DNA of 64,000 nt, from contig OX597815.1 in assembly GCA_951406725.2 (NCBI GenBank), positions 26,722,001 through 26,786,000 of the forward strand. The letters are read 5' to 3'. Numbering within the stretch: position 1 is the first letter of the stretch; each line of letters starts with the position of its first letter. Source of the stretch: Octopus vulgaris. Its lineage: Eukaryota. Both the position numbers and the translations under genes were made by a program. Below the pieces are notes generated by a model. The model was not told where the DNA came from. It saw only the letters and a list, made by a program, of their open reading frames with translations, and did no database searches. This document shows positions 11,240 through 28,082 of the stretch, piece after piece.

Positions 11240-13639
11240 AGAATGTTAACCCTTCTGATACCAAACCAGCTGGCACCCCCTTTGAATCTGCTGTAAAAGT
11301 TTCATGTTTTCTTAAGTTTTGAATTGAAATTTTCCACCAAACCTTAGTCAGAATTTATGATCCTGAAACTAGGTTGATGATAACTACCAAGTTATTTTAC
11401 AAACACTTGTTGCACGCACTGTTCTTGTATTACAGCGGACACACAGACACATGTGCTAGCACCCATACTTTATCCTACTGTGCACATCTGTAAATAAAGT
11501 CTTCTCTCTCAAACAGTAGAACGGTTGTCGTCTTCATTATTGCTTTTGGCACATTTTCAGTTATGTCATGTATTTGGCTTCTTTTATTAGGGCAGTGTTA
11601 AAGGGAGAAATTTCTGTCACCAACTCCTTTCGTGTGGTCTTACTCCCTACAAGGGTTTTGTGACATTAGTAGGTCATCGGAATTCATTCAATAAAGAAAA
11701 GAAATTCCGGGATGGGGTGTGGGGGTGCGATTTCTCACCCAACCCATTTTCTGAACAAAAATGAGGGGTTTGCAGCATATTAAGAGGTCAGGGTATTTGA
11801 TTCCACACAAAAAATCCGAGATTTTTTTTTTTTTTTCTCATTGCAAATTTTGCGGGTGAAGGGATCAAAATGGACCCCAGTGAGTAGCGCCACCTATAGG
11901 AGAAGTCATGTAAGGGGAAACAACTCCAGCTGCACTTGATCTTCGCGCCAATTAAATTATTAATTACGTTGATTAATTACTCATCACTGACTCGTTGTTT
12001 ATATCTGGATCGGGTAAGTTGAGCAAGATTTCCTTTAAGGCTGTTATCATGATAATAATACTACTAATGATAATGGAAGATAATAGATTTCTGTGAACTT
12101 CTCTCGATGTTGGAGTAATTATTTCGAAGCGGGAACCTGACGACAATTAGGAAAATAGATTTGTTCGTCTGAATAACTTCCAAACTGAAATGTTAATCTG
12201 TTGTTTATGGGAACCTATAATCCACTATTACATGTGGTATAAAGGAAATTAAGGGTAATGTTGACGTTCCGAGAAAAAGAAATAGTGCAACGGGTGTAAA
12301 AGAAAAAGGTGTAGAAAAGGAATCTGAAGAGAAAAATGTGCAGAAAGCAATGAGGGTGAGAGGCCTTCGGAAAATTAACAAGATCCGAAGGTTTTTCCCT
12401 CGTAACTTTTACGGAAATGATTTTATATGAATACGTTTCAAACGGTATAGGTCACGATTATAAAGAAATTTGTGGGGAAATTGTTTTCCGATGGGGTCAG
12501 GAGAGGACTTCGGTAAATCCGATGTTTTTCCCTCGTAACTTTGAGGAAAATATAATCCTTTTGAAATAACAAATTAAGTTTTTCCTCAGGAACTTCTATG
12601 CGAAACATCCTTTTGTCAAGATTCGTTCGTTATTGCACATGCTGTTAACTATAAACACATGAAATATTATCACTTATAATACACTTTCTTGATGCACATA
12701 CATATTTGTGTGGAATGTAGATAATAAAATCAATGTGGCAGTTTAAACTTGAGAAAAGCCTTGAATATTTATAATGTGCAAGTTATAGATGCATGTATGC
12801 ATTTCTGTGCATGTGTGTGTTTTCGGCTATGGTTCCTTCGTAACTGCTTCATTTGTGTATGTAAATTTCTGAATGCATTTATTAAGAAATAAAATAGTAA
12901 ATTTAAATAATAAAAGAAGCATGCTAGGAAAGATCACTAATAATTGAGTCATGAATTCTTACCCTCTCTGTAGGATTATATGAACCCTTCGAAGTTACAG
13001 TAATCACATAGAAACATTAAGAAAATATGCTTCCTTGTCTTAGATATCTCAAACATTGATGTTTCTTTTAAAGTTATGAGTAAACGAATTTAGAGTGTAA
13101 AACATTTATGTCGTTATGCCATTCTTTCAATGCCTCAATTAACTCTGACCCCTAAAAACATTTGATAGATGACAATGTTAAATTTTGCAACGTTGAATTA
13201 GTGTATCATCTAACTATTCTCTTTATCTTGATGTTTCTTTTCCTATTTCAGAATATCACCTTATGTTGACACACAAGAAACCTCTTCATTCAGATGTGCC
13301 TTTCATATTTTGACGTCGTTTCATCAACTAAAGCAAGATGACATGATTTATCAGCAACATTCATCAATACATCAGAATTTATATGAATACAATATTTTTC
13401 TTGTCTTCACTGTTTGGAATGTAGAGGAAGTGATTGGCTTACAGGTTAGTTAAGGTGGGATAACTTTACAAACGAGTTGACAATTTTCTATCAGCTCATT
13501 TAGATATTATGATCACAGATGAAAGAAAGATAGCTCCAAATTCTTTTCTAGAAAGAGTGGCAGAACTGAAAACAAAGATGTTTATAGAGATGAAGGAAAC
13601 ATTATTATTGTGATATGTATAATAAATTATTCTTTCACA

Positions 13640-14686
13640 ATGAAAAATTTAACTGAAGCAAAAAGCGATGTTACAAGAGTGAAGCAATGTTTCTGTGATA
13701 TTTGTGGTAAATCATTCAATTATCATAGTCACTTGACTACTCACAGACGTATCCATACAGGAGAAAAGCCATTTCATTGTGATATTTGTGGTAAATCATT
13801 CGGTCGAAGCAACAGCGTGACTAGACACAAATTTACACATACAGGAGAAAAGCCATATCATTGTGATATCTGTGGTAAATCATTCTCTCAAAGGAGTACC
13901 TTGACTGAACACAAAAGTGTTCATACAGGAGAAAAGCAATATCGTTGTGAAATCTGTGGTAAATCATTCTCTCAAAGGAGTAGCTTCACTCAGCATAAAT
14001 ATGTACATACAGGAGAAAAGGCATATCATTGTGATATCTGTGGTAATTCATTCTCTCAAAGGAGTAGCTTCACTCAGCATAAATATGTACATACAGGAGA
14101 AAAGGCATATCATTGTGAATTTTGTGGTAGATCATTCTTTAAAAGGAGTAATTTGACTCGACATAAATATACACATAAAGGAGACAAGGCATGTCATTGT
14201 GAAATTTGTGGTAAATCATTCTTTAAAAGGAGTCACTTGACTCAACATAAATATACACATACAGGAGAAAAGCCATATCATTGTGATATCTGTGGTAAAT
14301 CATTCTCTCAACGGAGTACCTTGACTCAACACAAAACTGTTCATACAGGAGAAAAGCCATATCATTGTGATATCTGTGGTAATTCATTCTCTCAAAGGAG
14401 TAGCTTCACTCAGCATAAATATGTACATACAGGAGAAACGGCATGTCATTGTGAAATCTGTGGTAAATCATTCTCTAAAAGGAGTCATTTGACTCGACAT
14501 AAATATACACATACAGGAGAAAAGCCATATCATTGTGATATCTGTGGTAAATCATTCTCTCAACGGAGTACCTTGACTCAACACAAAACTGTTCATACAG
14601 GAGAAAAGCCATATCATTGTGATATCTGTGGTAATTCATTCTCTCAAAGGAGTACTTTGACTCAACACAAAACTGTTCATACATGA
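13640..14686 (+). CDS. C2H2 zinc-finger protein, type A' (12 fingers; TGA in linker, further fingers follow)
   Basis: Twelve fingers. The stop is GGA>TGA in the TGEKP linker, and finger-coding sequence continues to ~15005. Confidence 0.88.
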   Translation: MKNLTEAKSDVTRVKQCFCDICGKSFNYHSHLTTHRRIHTGEKPFHCDICGKSFGRSNSVTRHKFTHTGEKPYHCDICGKSFSQRSTLTEHKSVHTGEKQYRCEICGKSFSQRSSFTQHKYVHTGEKAYHCDICGNSFSQRSSFTQHKYVHTGEKAYHCEFCGRSFFKRSNLTRHKYTHKGDKACHCEICGKSFFKRSHLTQHKYTHTGEKPYHCDICGKSFSQRSTLTQHKTVHTGEKPYHCDICGNSFSQRSSFTQHKYVHTGETACHCEICGKSFSKRSHLTRHKYTHTGEKPYHCDICGKSFSQRSTLTQHKTVHTGEKPYHCDICGNSFSQRSTLTQHKTVHT

Positions 14687-14896
<210 letters not shown>

Positions 14897-14899
14897 TGA

Positions 14900-15795
<896 letters not shown>

Positions 15796-17997
15796 GTTGG
15801 TGAAACCTGTGGTAAATCATTCCTTCCAAGGAGTAATTCGACTCGGCACAAACACACACACGGGAGAAAAGCCATATCATTGGAAGTTTAAAGAATGTTA
15901 ACCCTTCTGATACCAACCCAGCTGGCACCCCTCTGACTTTGCTGTAAAAATGTCTTGTTATCTTAAGTTTCGAATTGAAATTTTCTACCAAACCTTAGTC
16001 AGAATTTATGATCCTGAAACTAGGTTAATGATAACCACCAAGTTATTTTACAAACACAAACAATTGTTGCACGCACTGTTCTCATACTACAGCAGACACA
16101 TGTGCATGCACTCAGACACGACACTGTGCTAGCACCCATACTTTATCCTACTGTACACATCTGTAAATAAAGTCTTCTCTCTCAAACAGTAGAACGGTTG
16201 TCTTTCTCATTATTGCTTTTGGCCCTTATTCAGTTATGTCATGTATTTGGCTTCTTTTGTTAGGGCGGCGATGCATCGTTAAAGGAAGAAATTTCTATCA
16301 CCAACTCATTTCGTGTGGTCTTACTCCCTACAAGGGTTTTGTGACATTAGTAGGTCACCGGAATTCATTCAATAAAGAAAAGAGATTCCGGGATGGGGTG
16401 TGGGGGTGCGATTTCTCACCCAACCCATTTTCTGAACAAAAATGAGGGGTTTGCAGCATATTAAGAGGTCAGGGTATTTGACTCCACACAAAAAATCCGA
16501 GTTTTTTTATTTTTTCTCATTGCAAATTTTGCGGGTGAAGGGATCAAAATTGACCCCAGTGAGTAGCCCCACATATAGGAGATGTCATGTAAGGGGAAAC
16601 AACTCCAGCTGCACTTGATCTTCGCGCCAATTAAGTTATTAATTACGTTGATAATCCTTTTGAAATAGTAAATTAGTCCCCTTTCGTTATTGCACATGCT
16701 GTTAACTATAAACACATGAAATATTATCACTTATAATACACTTTCTTGATGCACATACATATTTCTGCTCTACATTTGTGTGGAATGTAGATAATAAAAT
16801 CAATGTGGCAGTTTAAACTTGAGAAAAGCCTTGCATATTTATAACGCACAAGTTATAGATGCATGTGTGTGTTTTCGGCTAGGGTTCCTTCTTAACTGCT
16901 TCATTTGTGTATGTAAATTTCTAAGAAGAAAACGAGATCGATGTCAAAAAAGCTGTATTACTGATGATATTTCATGAATTTAGTGCTGACAACACTTGCT
17001 CTCATGCTCACTGAAACTAACAAATGAATCTTGACAAGTCTGAGACGCAAAAACGCTTAAATGTCGCTTTACAAAACTGAAGAGGAACGAGAAGCTGTTA
17101 AGCATTATGTCTGAGAAGCAAATGATTCTTCCTCTAAATAATACACGGTTGACCAGAATCCATGACTCACTTGTTCGTTAAATTTTTTTATATATCATTT
17201 CTGAATGCATTTATTAAGAAATAAAATAGTAAATTTAAATGATAAAAGAAGCATGCTAGGAAAGATGACTAATAATTGAGTCATGAATTCTTACCCTCTC
17301 TGTAGGATTATATGAACCCTTCGAAGTTACAGTAATCACATAGAAGGGAAAACATGGAAACATTGAGAAAATATGCTTCCTTGTCTTAGATATCTCAAAC
17401 ATTGATGTTTCTTTGAATGTTATGAGTAAACGAATTTAGAGTGTAACACATTTATGTTGTTATGCCATTCTTTCAATGCCTCAATGAACTCTGACCCCTA
17501 AAAACATTTCATAGATAACAATGTTAAATTATGCAACATTGAATTAGTGTATCATTTAACTATTTTCTTTATCTTGATGTTTCTTTTCCTATTTCAGAAT
17601 ATCACCTTATGTTGACACACAAGAAACTTCTTCATTCAGATGTGCCTTTCATATTTTAACGTCGTTTCATCAACTGAAGCAAGATGACATAATTTATCAG
17701 CAGCATTTATCAATACATAAAAATTTATAAGAATACAATCTAAGAATACAATATTTTTCTTTTCTTCACTGTTTGGAATGTAGACGAAGTGATTGCCTTA
17801 CAGGTTAATTAAGGTTGGCTAACTTTACAAACGAGTTGACAATTTTCACCTGCTCATTTAGATATTATGATCACAGGTGAAAGAAACACAGCTCCAAATT
17901 CTTTTCTAGAAAAAGTGGCAGAACTAAAAACAAAGATGTTTATAGAGATGAAGGAAACAATATTATTGTGATCTGTATAATAAATTATTCTCTCATA

Positions 17998-18729
17998 ATG
18001 AATAATTTAACTGAATCAAAAAATAGTGATACAAGAGAGAAACAATATTTCTGTGATATCTGTGGTAAATCATTCTCTCAAAGGATTACCTTGACTGAAC
18101 ACAAACATACACATACAGGAGAAAAGCCATATCGTTGTGATATCTGTGGTAAATCAGTCTCTCAAAGGAGTAACTTGACTAAGCACAAACGTACACATAC
18201 AGGAGAAAGGCCATATCATTGTGAAATCTGTGGTAAATCATTCTGTCAAAAGAGTAACTTGACTGAACACAAACGCACACATACAGGAGGAAAGCCATAT
18301 CATTGTGATATCTGTGGTAAATCATTCTCTCAAAGGAGTCACTTGACTCTACACAAGCATACACATACAGGAGAAAAGCCATATCGTTGTGATACCTGTG
18401 GTAAATCAGTCTCTCAAAGGAGTAACTTGACTAAGCACAAACGTACACATACAGGAGAAAGGCCATATCATTGTGATATCTGTGGTAAATCATTCTGTCA
18501 AAAGATTACCTTGACTGAACACAAGCATACACATACAGGAGAAAAGCCATATCATTGTGATACCTGTGGTAAATCATTCTCTCAAAGGAGTCACTTGACT
18601 CAACACAAACGCACACATACGGGAGAAAAGCCATATCATTGTGACATCTGTGGTAAATCATTTTCCCAAAATTGTCACTTGATTAATCACAGATATATTC
18701 ATACTGGGAGAAAAACCATATCACTGTGA
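17998..18729 (+). CDS. C2H2 zinc-finger protein, type C (8 fingers)
   Basis: Eight fingers. An extra G in the linker (ACTGGGAGAAAA) shifts the frame to GRKTISL*. Confidence 0.85.
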   Translation: MNNLTESKNSDTREKQYFCDICGKSFSQRITLTEHKHTHTGEKPYRCDICGKSVSQRSNLTKHKRTHTGERPYHCEICGKSFCQKSNLTEHKRTHTGGKPYHCDICGKSFSQRSHLTLHKHTHTGEKPYRCDTCGKSVSQRSNLTKHKRTHTGERPYHCDICGKSFCQKITLTEHKHTHTGEKPYHCDTCGKSFSQRSHLTQHKRTHTGEKPYHCDICGKSFSQNCHLINHRYIHTGRKTISL

Positions 18730-20040
18730 CATCTGTGGTAAATCATTTCCTCAAAATTGTGATTTATCTAGTGACAAAGGTATTCATGTAGGAGAGGAGC
18801 CATATCATTGTGACACCTGAGTTAAATCATTCTCATTTAAATGTCACAAACGTATTCTTTCTGGGGGGAAAAAAATTATCACTGATACATGTGGGAAATC
18901 ATTCTTGGAAGAATGTCTATTGACTAGTAAAGAAAGTCATGTCATTCTCTGTGATATCTGTGGTAAATCATTCTCTGAAAGGAATGATTTGAGTAACCAT
19001 AAATGTACACATACGGGAGAATAGTTGGTATTTCTTTGGAATTCCCCCAACTCTATAACTTTGAACCAATAATTTTCTTTCTTTATTCTTTTCCGATTCA
19101 TATGTTTTCGATATCGGAGATTACGAATCAACAAAAATTTCTTTTTTTAATTTCTATTATCCCCAATTCATTTGCTTATTTTACAGTTGACAAGACACGC
19201 TGTCATGCACAAAACGACAGCTTCCAAATCCTCTTTCCTAATTGGGTAAAAATGATCAAACTTCAAACCTCTATAACTTTTTAAAAGCAATTTTCTGGAA
19301 AAAGTGAAACAAATCCAGCAATTAAGCTTGAATGTTTTCAAAAAGTTATAGCGGTTTAAAATTTGATAACTTTCACCGAATTAGGACAGAGGATTTGGAA
19401 GCTGTCATTTTGTGTGTGACAGTACATCTTGCCAACTGTAAACAAAGCTAATCAATTGGTGAGGGAAGGGATCGAAATTAAAGTTTTTTTTTTTTTTGCT
19501 AAATTGTGATCTCCAATATCGAAAACATAGGAATATGAAGAAGTATAAAAAACAAATAATAACAGGTTGGAAAGTTACAGAGTGGGGGGTAATTCCGAAG
19601 TACTGAAAACTCATATTGTTGTGATATCTGTGGTGAATCATTCTCTGAAAAGAGTAACTTAACTAAACACAAGTATACAGTTACAGGAGAGAAGTCACAG
19701 ATACATTCATACAGTGCAGAAAACCACATCACTGTGATATCTCTGGTAAATCATTCTCTCAAACAAGTGCCTTAACTAAACACAAATGGACACATGCAGA
19801 AGAGAAGCCATAACATTGCAATAGCTGTGGTAATTTGATTTTTGAAAATGGTATTTTAACTATACATTTTCATACCACACAAAATCTACATCATGGTCAA
19901 ATCTGTTGTAAATCATTCTCTCAGATCTAACTTAACTGTAAATGAATGCATTCCTACAGGAGAGAAGCCATGTCAGAGTGACATCTGTGCTAAACCATTC
20001 TCTTGAAAAAAGCTACATCCATACACCTGGGTATTCACAA
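18730..20040 (+). pseudogene. Decayed zinc-finger tail of the type C gene (probable 3' UTR)
   Basis: Many degenerate TGTGAyATCTGTGGTAAATCATTC units with stops and indels. AATAAA occurs at 20256 and 20269. Confidence 0.8.
19022..19605. mobile_element. Palindromic ~580-bp MITE inserted into a TGEKP linker (partial copies 28286-28843, 36859-37200, 63233-63702)
   Basis: The two halves are imperfect reverse complements along their whole length (e.g. GACAGCTTCCAAATCCTCT / AGAGGATTTGGAAGCTGTC). The flanks join to give ...HTGE|K.SYCCDICG. Confidence 0.8.
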
Positions 20041-22987
20041 CAATTGTAACTGTACCAATGTCAGAATTTATTAAAACATTGCAACAATGAAGTCTGTTTT
20101 GTCAGCTGTAATGCAGGGTTTTTCCCATCAATTTGAATACCATCAGTGTGAACCTCAAATCTATTGTAATCTGTAAAAATATTGACTCTGAGTTAACTTA
20201 ATTGCTAAAAATACCTGTGTTTGGATTTTGAGGAATTTGCTACAAAAGAATAATGAATAAAAAATCAGAATAAAAGCTTGACTATTTTTTGTTCGTTTTG
20301 TTACTCAATATCTAGACACTGTCTCCTCTATACCTTAAATCTCTCAACTGGCACGATGGCACACCCGTTCAATAGTAACTGTCCACCTTCCTGTTGTGGA
20401 AATTTTTGTCTCCTACGGATTTGGTGCTGATGTTACATGTCCTTACACACTGTTAAAGTGCTGCTATTAACAGTGTGTTATTCAGATTCCTTGTTTCTAT
20501 TGGCTCCTGAAATTTATTTGTACTCTTTTAGTCATATATTCTTTTACTTGCTTCAGTCATTTGACTGAGGCCATGCTGAAGCACCACCTTCAAGGGTGTT
20601 AGTGGCAGAAATCAGTCGCAAGATTTAGTCTTTTGTAAGTCTAGTACTGATTTATATATTTACATGTGTATTTTTATATTATACGTTTAGTTGTTTCATA
20701 CACAAACTAACGTGCATTTCTCTTTAGATTAAATTATTTATCCTTATTTATCTCTCCACTGATTTCGGTACCACTCTAACTTCTATAAGCTCTGCATTTT
20801 CACTTCTTTCAATTTTCAATTTAATGTCATCCACACTCTCTTGAAAACGTATTTCTGCAAAATGTATTTCTGCAAAATATGGGTAAATAAAGAAACAGCA
20901 AAAAATTTTAGGGTGGCGGGGTTTGCTGAAATTTCTAATGCTTCCACCAGACCCCATCCCATTTTCCGAACCACAAATAAAGCGTTTTTGTGGCATAATA
21001 TAAGGTCACCGGAATTCATTCAATGACACAAAGATGGTATTTCCAACAATTCCAGGATAAGGTGAGGTTTCTCACTCACCCCAATTTCTGAACAAAAATG
21101 AGGGGTTTGCAGCATATTAAGGGTCAAGGTATTCGATTCCACGCAAAAAACCCAAGATTTTATTTTTTTCTCATTGAAAATTTTGCGGGTGAAAGAATCA
21201 AAATTGACCCCAGTGAGTAGCGCCATCTATAGGAGAATTATGTAAGGGGAAACAACTCCAGAAGCCTGTTTAGCTTCGCGCCCATTAAATTATTAATTAC
21301 GTTGATTAATTACTCATCACTGACTCGTTGTTTATATCTGGATCTGGTAAGTTGAGCAAGATTTCCTTTCAGGCTGTAATCATGATAATGGAAGATAATA
21401 GATTTATGTGAACTTCTCTCAATGTTGGAGCAATTATTTCGAAGCGGGAACCTGACAACAATTAGGAAAATAGATTTGTTCGTCTGAATAACTTCCAAAC
21501 TGAAATGTTAATCTGTTGTTTATGAGAACCTATAATCCACTGTTACATGTGGTATAAAGGAAATTAAGCGTAATGTTGACGGTGTTTCCCGGAGAGGGAA
21601 TCGAGAAAAAGAAATAGTGCAACGGGTGTAAAAGAAAAAGGTGTAGAAAAGGAATCTGAAGAGAAAAATGTGCAGAAAGCAATGAGGGTGAGAGGCCTTC
21701 GGAAAATTGACAAGATCCGAAGGTTTTCCCTCGTAACTTTTACGGAAATGATTTTTTTGTAAGTGAAATTTTATATGAATACGTTTCAAAAGGTATAGGT
21801 CACGATTATAAAGAAATTTGTGGGGGAATTGTTTTGCGATGGGGTCAGGAGAGGACTTCGGTAAATCCGATGTTTTTCCCTCGTAACTTTGAGGAAAATA
21901 TAATCCTTTTGAAATAACAAATTAAGTTTTTCCTCAGGAACTTCTATGCGAAACATCCTTTTGTCAAGATTCGTTCGTTATTGCACATGCTGTTAACTAT
22001 AAACACATGAAATATTATCACTTATAATACACTTTCTTGATGCACATACATATTTGTGTGGAATGTAGATAATGAAATCAATGTGGCAGTTTAAACTTGA
22101 GAAAAGCCTTGAATATTTATAATGTGCAAGTTATAGATGCATGTATGCATTTCTGTGCATGTGTGTGTTTTCGGCTATGGTTCCTTCGTAACTGCTTCAT
22201 TTGTGTATGTAAATTTCTGAATGCATTTATTAAGAAATGAAATAGTAAATTTAAATAATAAAAGAAGCATGCTAGGAAAGATCACTAATAATTGAGTCAT
22301 GAATTCTTACCCTCTCTGTAGGATTATATGAACCCTTCGAAGTTACAGTAATCACATAGAAACATTAAGAAAATATGCTTCCTTGTCTTAGATATCTCAA
22401 ACATTGATGTTTCTTTTAAAGTTATGAGTGAACGAATTTAGAGTGTAAAACATTTATGTCGTTATGCCATTCTTTCAATGCCTCAATTAACTCTGACCCC
22501 TAAAAACATTTGATAGATGACAACGTTAAATTTTGCAACGTTGAATTAGTGTATCATCTAACTATTCTCTTTATCTTAATGTTTCTTTTCCTATTTCAGA
22601 ATATCACCTTATGTTGACACACAAGAAACCTCTTCATTCAGATGTGCCTTTCATATTTTGACGTCGTTTCATCAACTAAAGCAAGATGACATGATTTATC
22701 AGCAACATTCATCAATACATCAGAATTCATATGAATACAATATTTTTCTTGTCTTCACTGTTTGGAATGTAGAGGAAGTGATTGGCTTACAGGTTAATTA
22801 AGGTGGGATAACTTTACAAACGAGTTGACAATTTTCCATCAGCTCATTTAGATATTATGATCACAGATGAAAGAAAGATAGCTCCAAATTCTTTTCTAGA
22901 AAGAGTGGCAGAACTGAAAACAAAGATGTTTATAGAGATGAAGGAAACATTATTATTGTGATATGTATAATAAATTAATCTTTCACA

Positions 22988-24034
22988 ATGAATAATTTAA
23001 CTGAAGCAAAAAGCGATGATACAAGAGTGAAGCAATGTTTCTGTGATATTTGTGGTAAATCATTCAATTATCATAGTCAGTTGACTACTCACAGACGTAT
23101 CCATACAGGAGAAAAGCCATTTCATTGTGATATTTGTGGTAAATCATTCGGTCGAAGCAGCAGCGTGACTAGACACAAATTTACACATACAGGAGAAAAG
23201 CCATATCATTGTGAAATCTGTGGTAAATCATTCTCTCAACGGAGTACCTTGACTCAACACAAAAGTGTTCATACAGGAGAAAAGCAATATCGTTGTGAAA
23301 TCTGTGGTAAATCATTCTCTCAAAGGAGTAGCTTCACTCAGCATAAATATGTACATACAGGAGAAAAGCCATATCATTGTGATATCTGTGGTAATTCATT
23401 CTCTCAAAGGAGTAGCTTCACTCAGCATAAATATGTACATACAGGAGAAAAGGCATATCATTGTGAATTTTGTGGTAAATCATTCTTTAAAAGGAGTAAT
23501 TTGACTCGACATAAATATACACATAAAGGAGACAAGGCATGTCATTGTGAAATTTGTGGTAAATCATTCTCTAAAAGGAGTCACTTGACTCGACATAAAT
23601 ATACACATACAGGAGAAAAGCCATATCATTGTGATATCTGTGGTAAATCATTCTCTCAACGGAGTACCTTGACTCAACACAAAACTGTTCATACAGGAGA
23701 AAAGCCATATCATTGTGATATCTGTGGTAATTCATTCTCTCTAAGGAATAGCTTCACTCAGCATAAATATGTACATACAGGAGAAACGGCATGTCATTGT
23801 GAAATCTGTGGTAAATCATTCTCTAAAAGGAGTCATTTGACTCGACATAAATATACACATACAGGAGAAAAGCCATATCATTGTGATATCTGTGGTAAAT
23901 CATTCTCTCAACGGAGTACCTTGACTCAACACAAAACTGTTCATACAGGAGAAAAGCCATATCATTGTGATATCTGTGGTAATTCATTCTCTCAAAGGAG
24001 TACTTTGACTCAACACAAACGTGTTCATACATGA
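22988..24034 (+). CDS. C2H2 zinc-finger protein, type A' (12 fingers)
   Basis: Paralog of 13640 with the same linker TGA. The frame stays open beyond it to TAG 24427. Confidence 0.88.
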   Translation: MNNLTEAKSDDTRVKQCFCDICGKSFNYHSQLTTHRRIHTGEKPFHCDICGKSFGRSSSVTRHKFTHTGEKPYHCEICGKSFSQRSTLTQHKSVHTGEKQYRCEICGKSFSQRSSFTQHKYVHTGEKPYHCDICGNSFSQRSSFTQHKYVHTGEKAYHCEFCGKSFFKRSNLTRHKYTHKGDKACHCEICGKSFSKRSHLTRHKYTHTGEKPYHCDICGKSFSQRSTLTQHKTVHTGEKPYHCDICGNSFSLRNSFTQHKYVHTGETACHCEICGKSFSKRSHLTRHKYTHTGEKPYHCDICGKSFSQRSTLTQHKTVHTGEKPYHCDICGNSFSQRSTLTQHKRVHT

Positions 24035-24415
24035 GAAAAGCCATATCATTGTGATATCTGTGGTAAATCATTCTCTCAAACGAGTATCTTTACTCAGCAT
24101 AAATATTCACATACAGGAGTAAATGCATGTCATTGTGAAAACTGGGGGAAATCATTCTGTTCCAGGAGGAATTTGACTCGGCATAAATATACACATACAG
24201 GAGAAAAGGCATATCATTGTGATATTTGTGGTAAATCATTCTCTAAAAGGAGTAACTTGACTAAGCACAGAGCATCTCTACAGAATTCTGGTAACAAAAG
24301 GATTGAAGGAAATGAATGTATTTATTCTGAAACAAGACATATTTTGAGAACAATTCTATCAGATGACATGTGTATAAACAATGTCAGTAAAACAAATCTT
24401 GGAATCAATCACAGT

Positions 24416-25058
24416 TTAATTTTGTAGAACTTCCAAATATACAATATTTTCAGTGTGTCCTTAAATTGGGATAGAAATAAAAAGAGTTTCGGGACTTCCA
24501 ACTTGCGAACATCTTACATATAATTGCACATGAAAGAGGCATGGTTAAGTCCAAGAACCTTGAGGTTTGTTTATGAATATAGGAAAACTTAGTTTCACTG
24601 GGAACTGGAGCCATTTAAATTCATAGGGGCGATAAAATGGGACTAATGGGTTCCGTGGAATGAAGACATCCTCACCTTTATATTTCCCAGTGATAATTGC
24701 TGCCTCTAGGACATGGGGTTCCATTACTCTCACTACCATTCTGGTGCCATTGCAGAGGTGAGGTGAATCCAGATTCCTGAGCAGCATGATCGGGGCCCTT
24801 CCTTTTTAAGTGTTAAATTATGAGGTGGCATTCTAGATGCTTGTTGAGAGTTCAGCAACTCAGTTGGAAAAACCACAGCTTGGTTCTGATCAATGAATGT
24901 TGATGGATTTGAAAGACAATTCTTGTCCTGGCAACAGCTTCAAGAGATGCCAATTCATTTTGTCGACAGCATTATTACATGGAGCCAATTCTCATAGCCA
25001 TTTACCGTTGCTAAAGTTTTGTGCAATGTTTGGAAACAAAAATTTTCAGATCATTGAG
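24416..25058 (-). mobile_element. Helitron helicase fragment, copy 3
   Basis: ORF 24545-24787 with the same motifs. Confidence 0.88.
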
Positions 25059-27262
25059 AGTTGGTGAAACCTGTGGTAAATCATTCCTTCCAAGGAGTAA
25101 TTCGACTCGGCACAAACACACACACGGGAGAAAAGCCATATCATTGGAAGTTTAAAGAATGTTAACCCTTCTGATACCAACCCGGCTGGCACCCCTCTGA
25201 CTTTGCTGTAAAAATGTCTTGTTATCTTAAGTTTCGAATTGAAATTTTCTACCAAACCTTAGTCAGAATTTATGATCCTGAAACTAGGTTAATGATAACC
25301 ACCAAGTTATTTTACAAACACAAACAATTGTTGCACGCACTGTTCTCATACTACAGCAGACACATGTGCATGCACTCAGACACGACACTGTGCTAGCACC
25401 CATACTTTATCCTACTGTACACATCTGTAAATAAAGTCTTCTCTCTCAAACAGTAGAACGGTTGTCTTTCTCATTATTGCTTTTGGCCCTTATTCAGTTA
25501 TGTCATGTATTTGGCTTCTATTGTTAGGGCGGCGGTGCGTCGTTAAAGGAAGAAATTTCTATCACCAACTCATTTCGTGTGGTCTTACTCCCTACAAGGG
25601 TTTTGTGACATTAGTAGGTCACCGGAATTCATTCAATAAAGAAATGAGATTCCGGGATGGGGTGTGGGGGTGCGATTTCTCACCCAACCCATTTTCTGAA
25701 CAAAAATGAGGAGTTTGCAGCATATTAAGAGGTCAGGGTATTTGACTCCACACAAAAAATCCGAGTTTTTTTATTTTTTCTCATTGCAAATTTTGCGGGT
25801 GAAGGGATCAAAATTGACCCCAGTGAGTAGCCCCACATATAGGAGATGTCATGTAAGGGGAAACAACTCCAGCTGCACTTGATCTTCGCGCCAATTAAGT
25901 TATTAATTACGTTGATAATCCTTTTGAAATAATAAATTAGTCCCCCTTTCGTTATTGCACATGCTGTTAACTATAAACACATGAAATATTATCACTTATA
26001 ATACACTTTCTTGATGCACATACATATTTCTGCTCTACATTTGTGTGGAATGTAGATAATAAAATCAATGTGGCAGTTTAAACTTGAGAAAAGCCTTGCA
26101 TATTTATAACGCACAAGTTATAGATGCATGTGTGTGTTTTCGGCTAGGGTTCCTTCTTAACTGCTTCATTTGTGTATGTAAATTTCTAAGAAGAAAACGA
26201 GATCGATGTCAAAAAAGCTGTATTACTGATGATATTTCATGAATTTAGTGCTGACAACACTTGCTCTCATGCTCACTGAAACTAACAAATGAATCTTGAC
26301 GAGTCTGAGACGCAAAAACGCTTAAATGTCGCTTTACAAATCTGAAGAGGAACGAGAAGCTGTTAAGCATTTTGTCTGAGAAGCAAATGATTCTTCCTCT
26401 AAATAATACACGGTTGACCAGAATCCATGACTCACTTGTTCGTTAAATTTATTTATATATCATTTCTGAATGCATCTATTAAGAAATAAAATAGTAAATT
26501 TAAATAATAAAAGAAGCATGCTAGGAAAGATGACTAATAATTGAGTCATGAATTCTTACCCTCTCTGTAGGATTATATGAACCCTTCGAAGTTACAGTAA
26601 TCACATAGAAGGGAAAACATGGAAACATTGAGAAAATATGCTTCCTTGTCTTAGATATCTCAAACATTGATGTTTCTTTGAATGTTATGAGTAAACGAAT
26701 TTAGAGTGTAACACATTTATGTCGTTATGCCATTCTTTCAATGCCTCAATGAACTCTGACCCCTAAAAACATTTCATAGATAACAATGTTAAATTATGCA
26801 ACGATGAATTAGTGTATCATCTAACTATTCTCTTTATCTTGATGTTTCTTTTCCTATTTCAGAATATCACCTTATGTTGACACACAAGAAACTTCTTCAT
26901 TCAGATGTGCCTTTCATATTTTAACGTCGTTTCATCAACTGAAGCAAGATGACATAATTTATCAGCAGCATTTATCAATACATAAAAATTTATAAGAATA
27001 CAATCTAAGAATACAATATTTTTCTTTTCTTCACTGTTTGGAATGTAGACGAAGTGATTGCCTTACAGGTTAATTAAGGTTGGCTAACTTTACAAACGAG
27101 TTGACAATTTTCACCTGCTCATTTAGATATTATGATCACAGGTGAAAGAAACACAGCTCCAAATTCTTTTCTAGAAAAAGTGGCAGAACTAAAAACAAAG
27201 ATGTTTATAGAGATGAAGGAAACAATATTATTGTGATCTGTATAATAAATTATTCTCTCATA

Positions 27263-28082
<820 letters not shown>

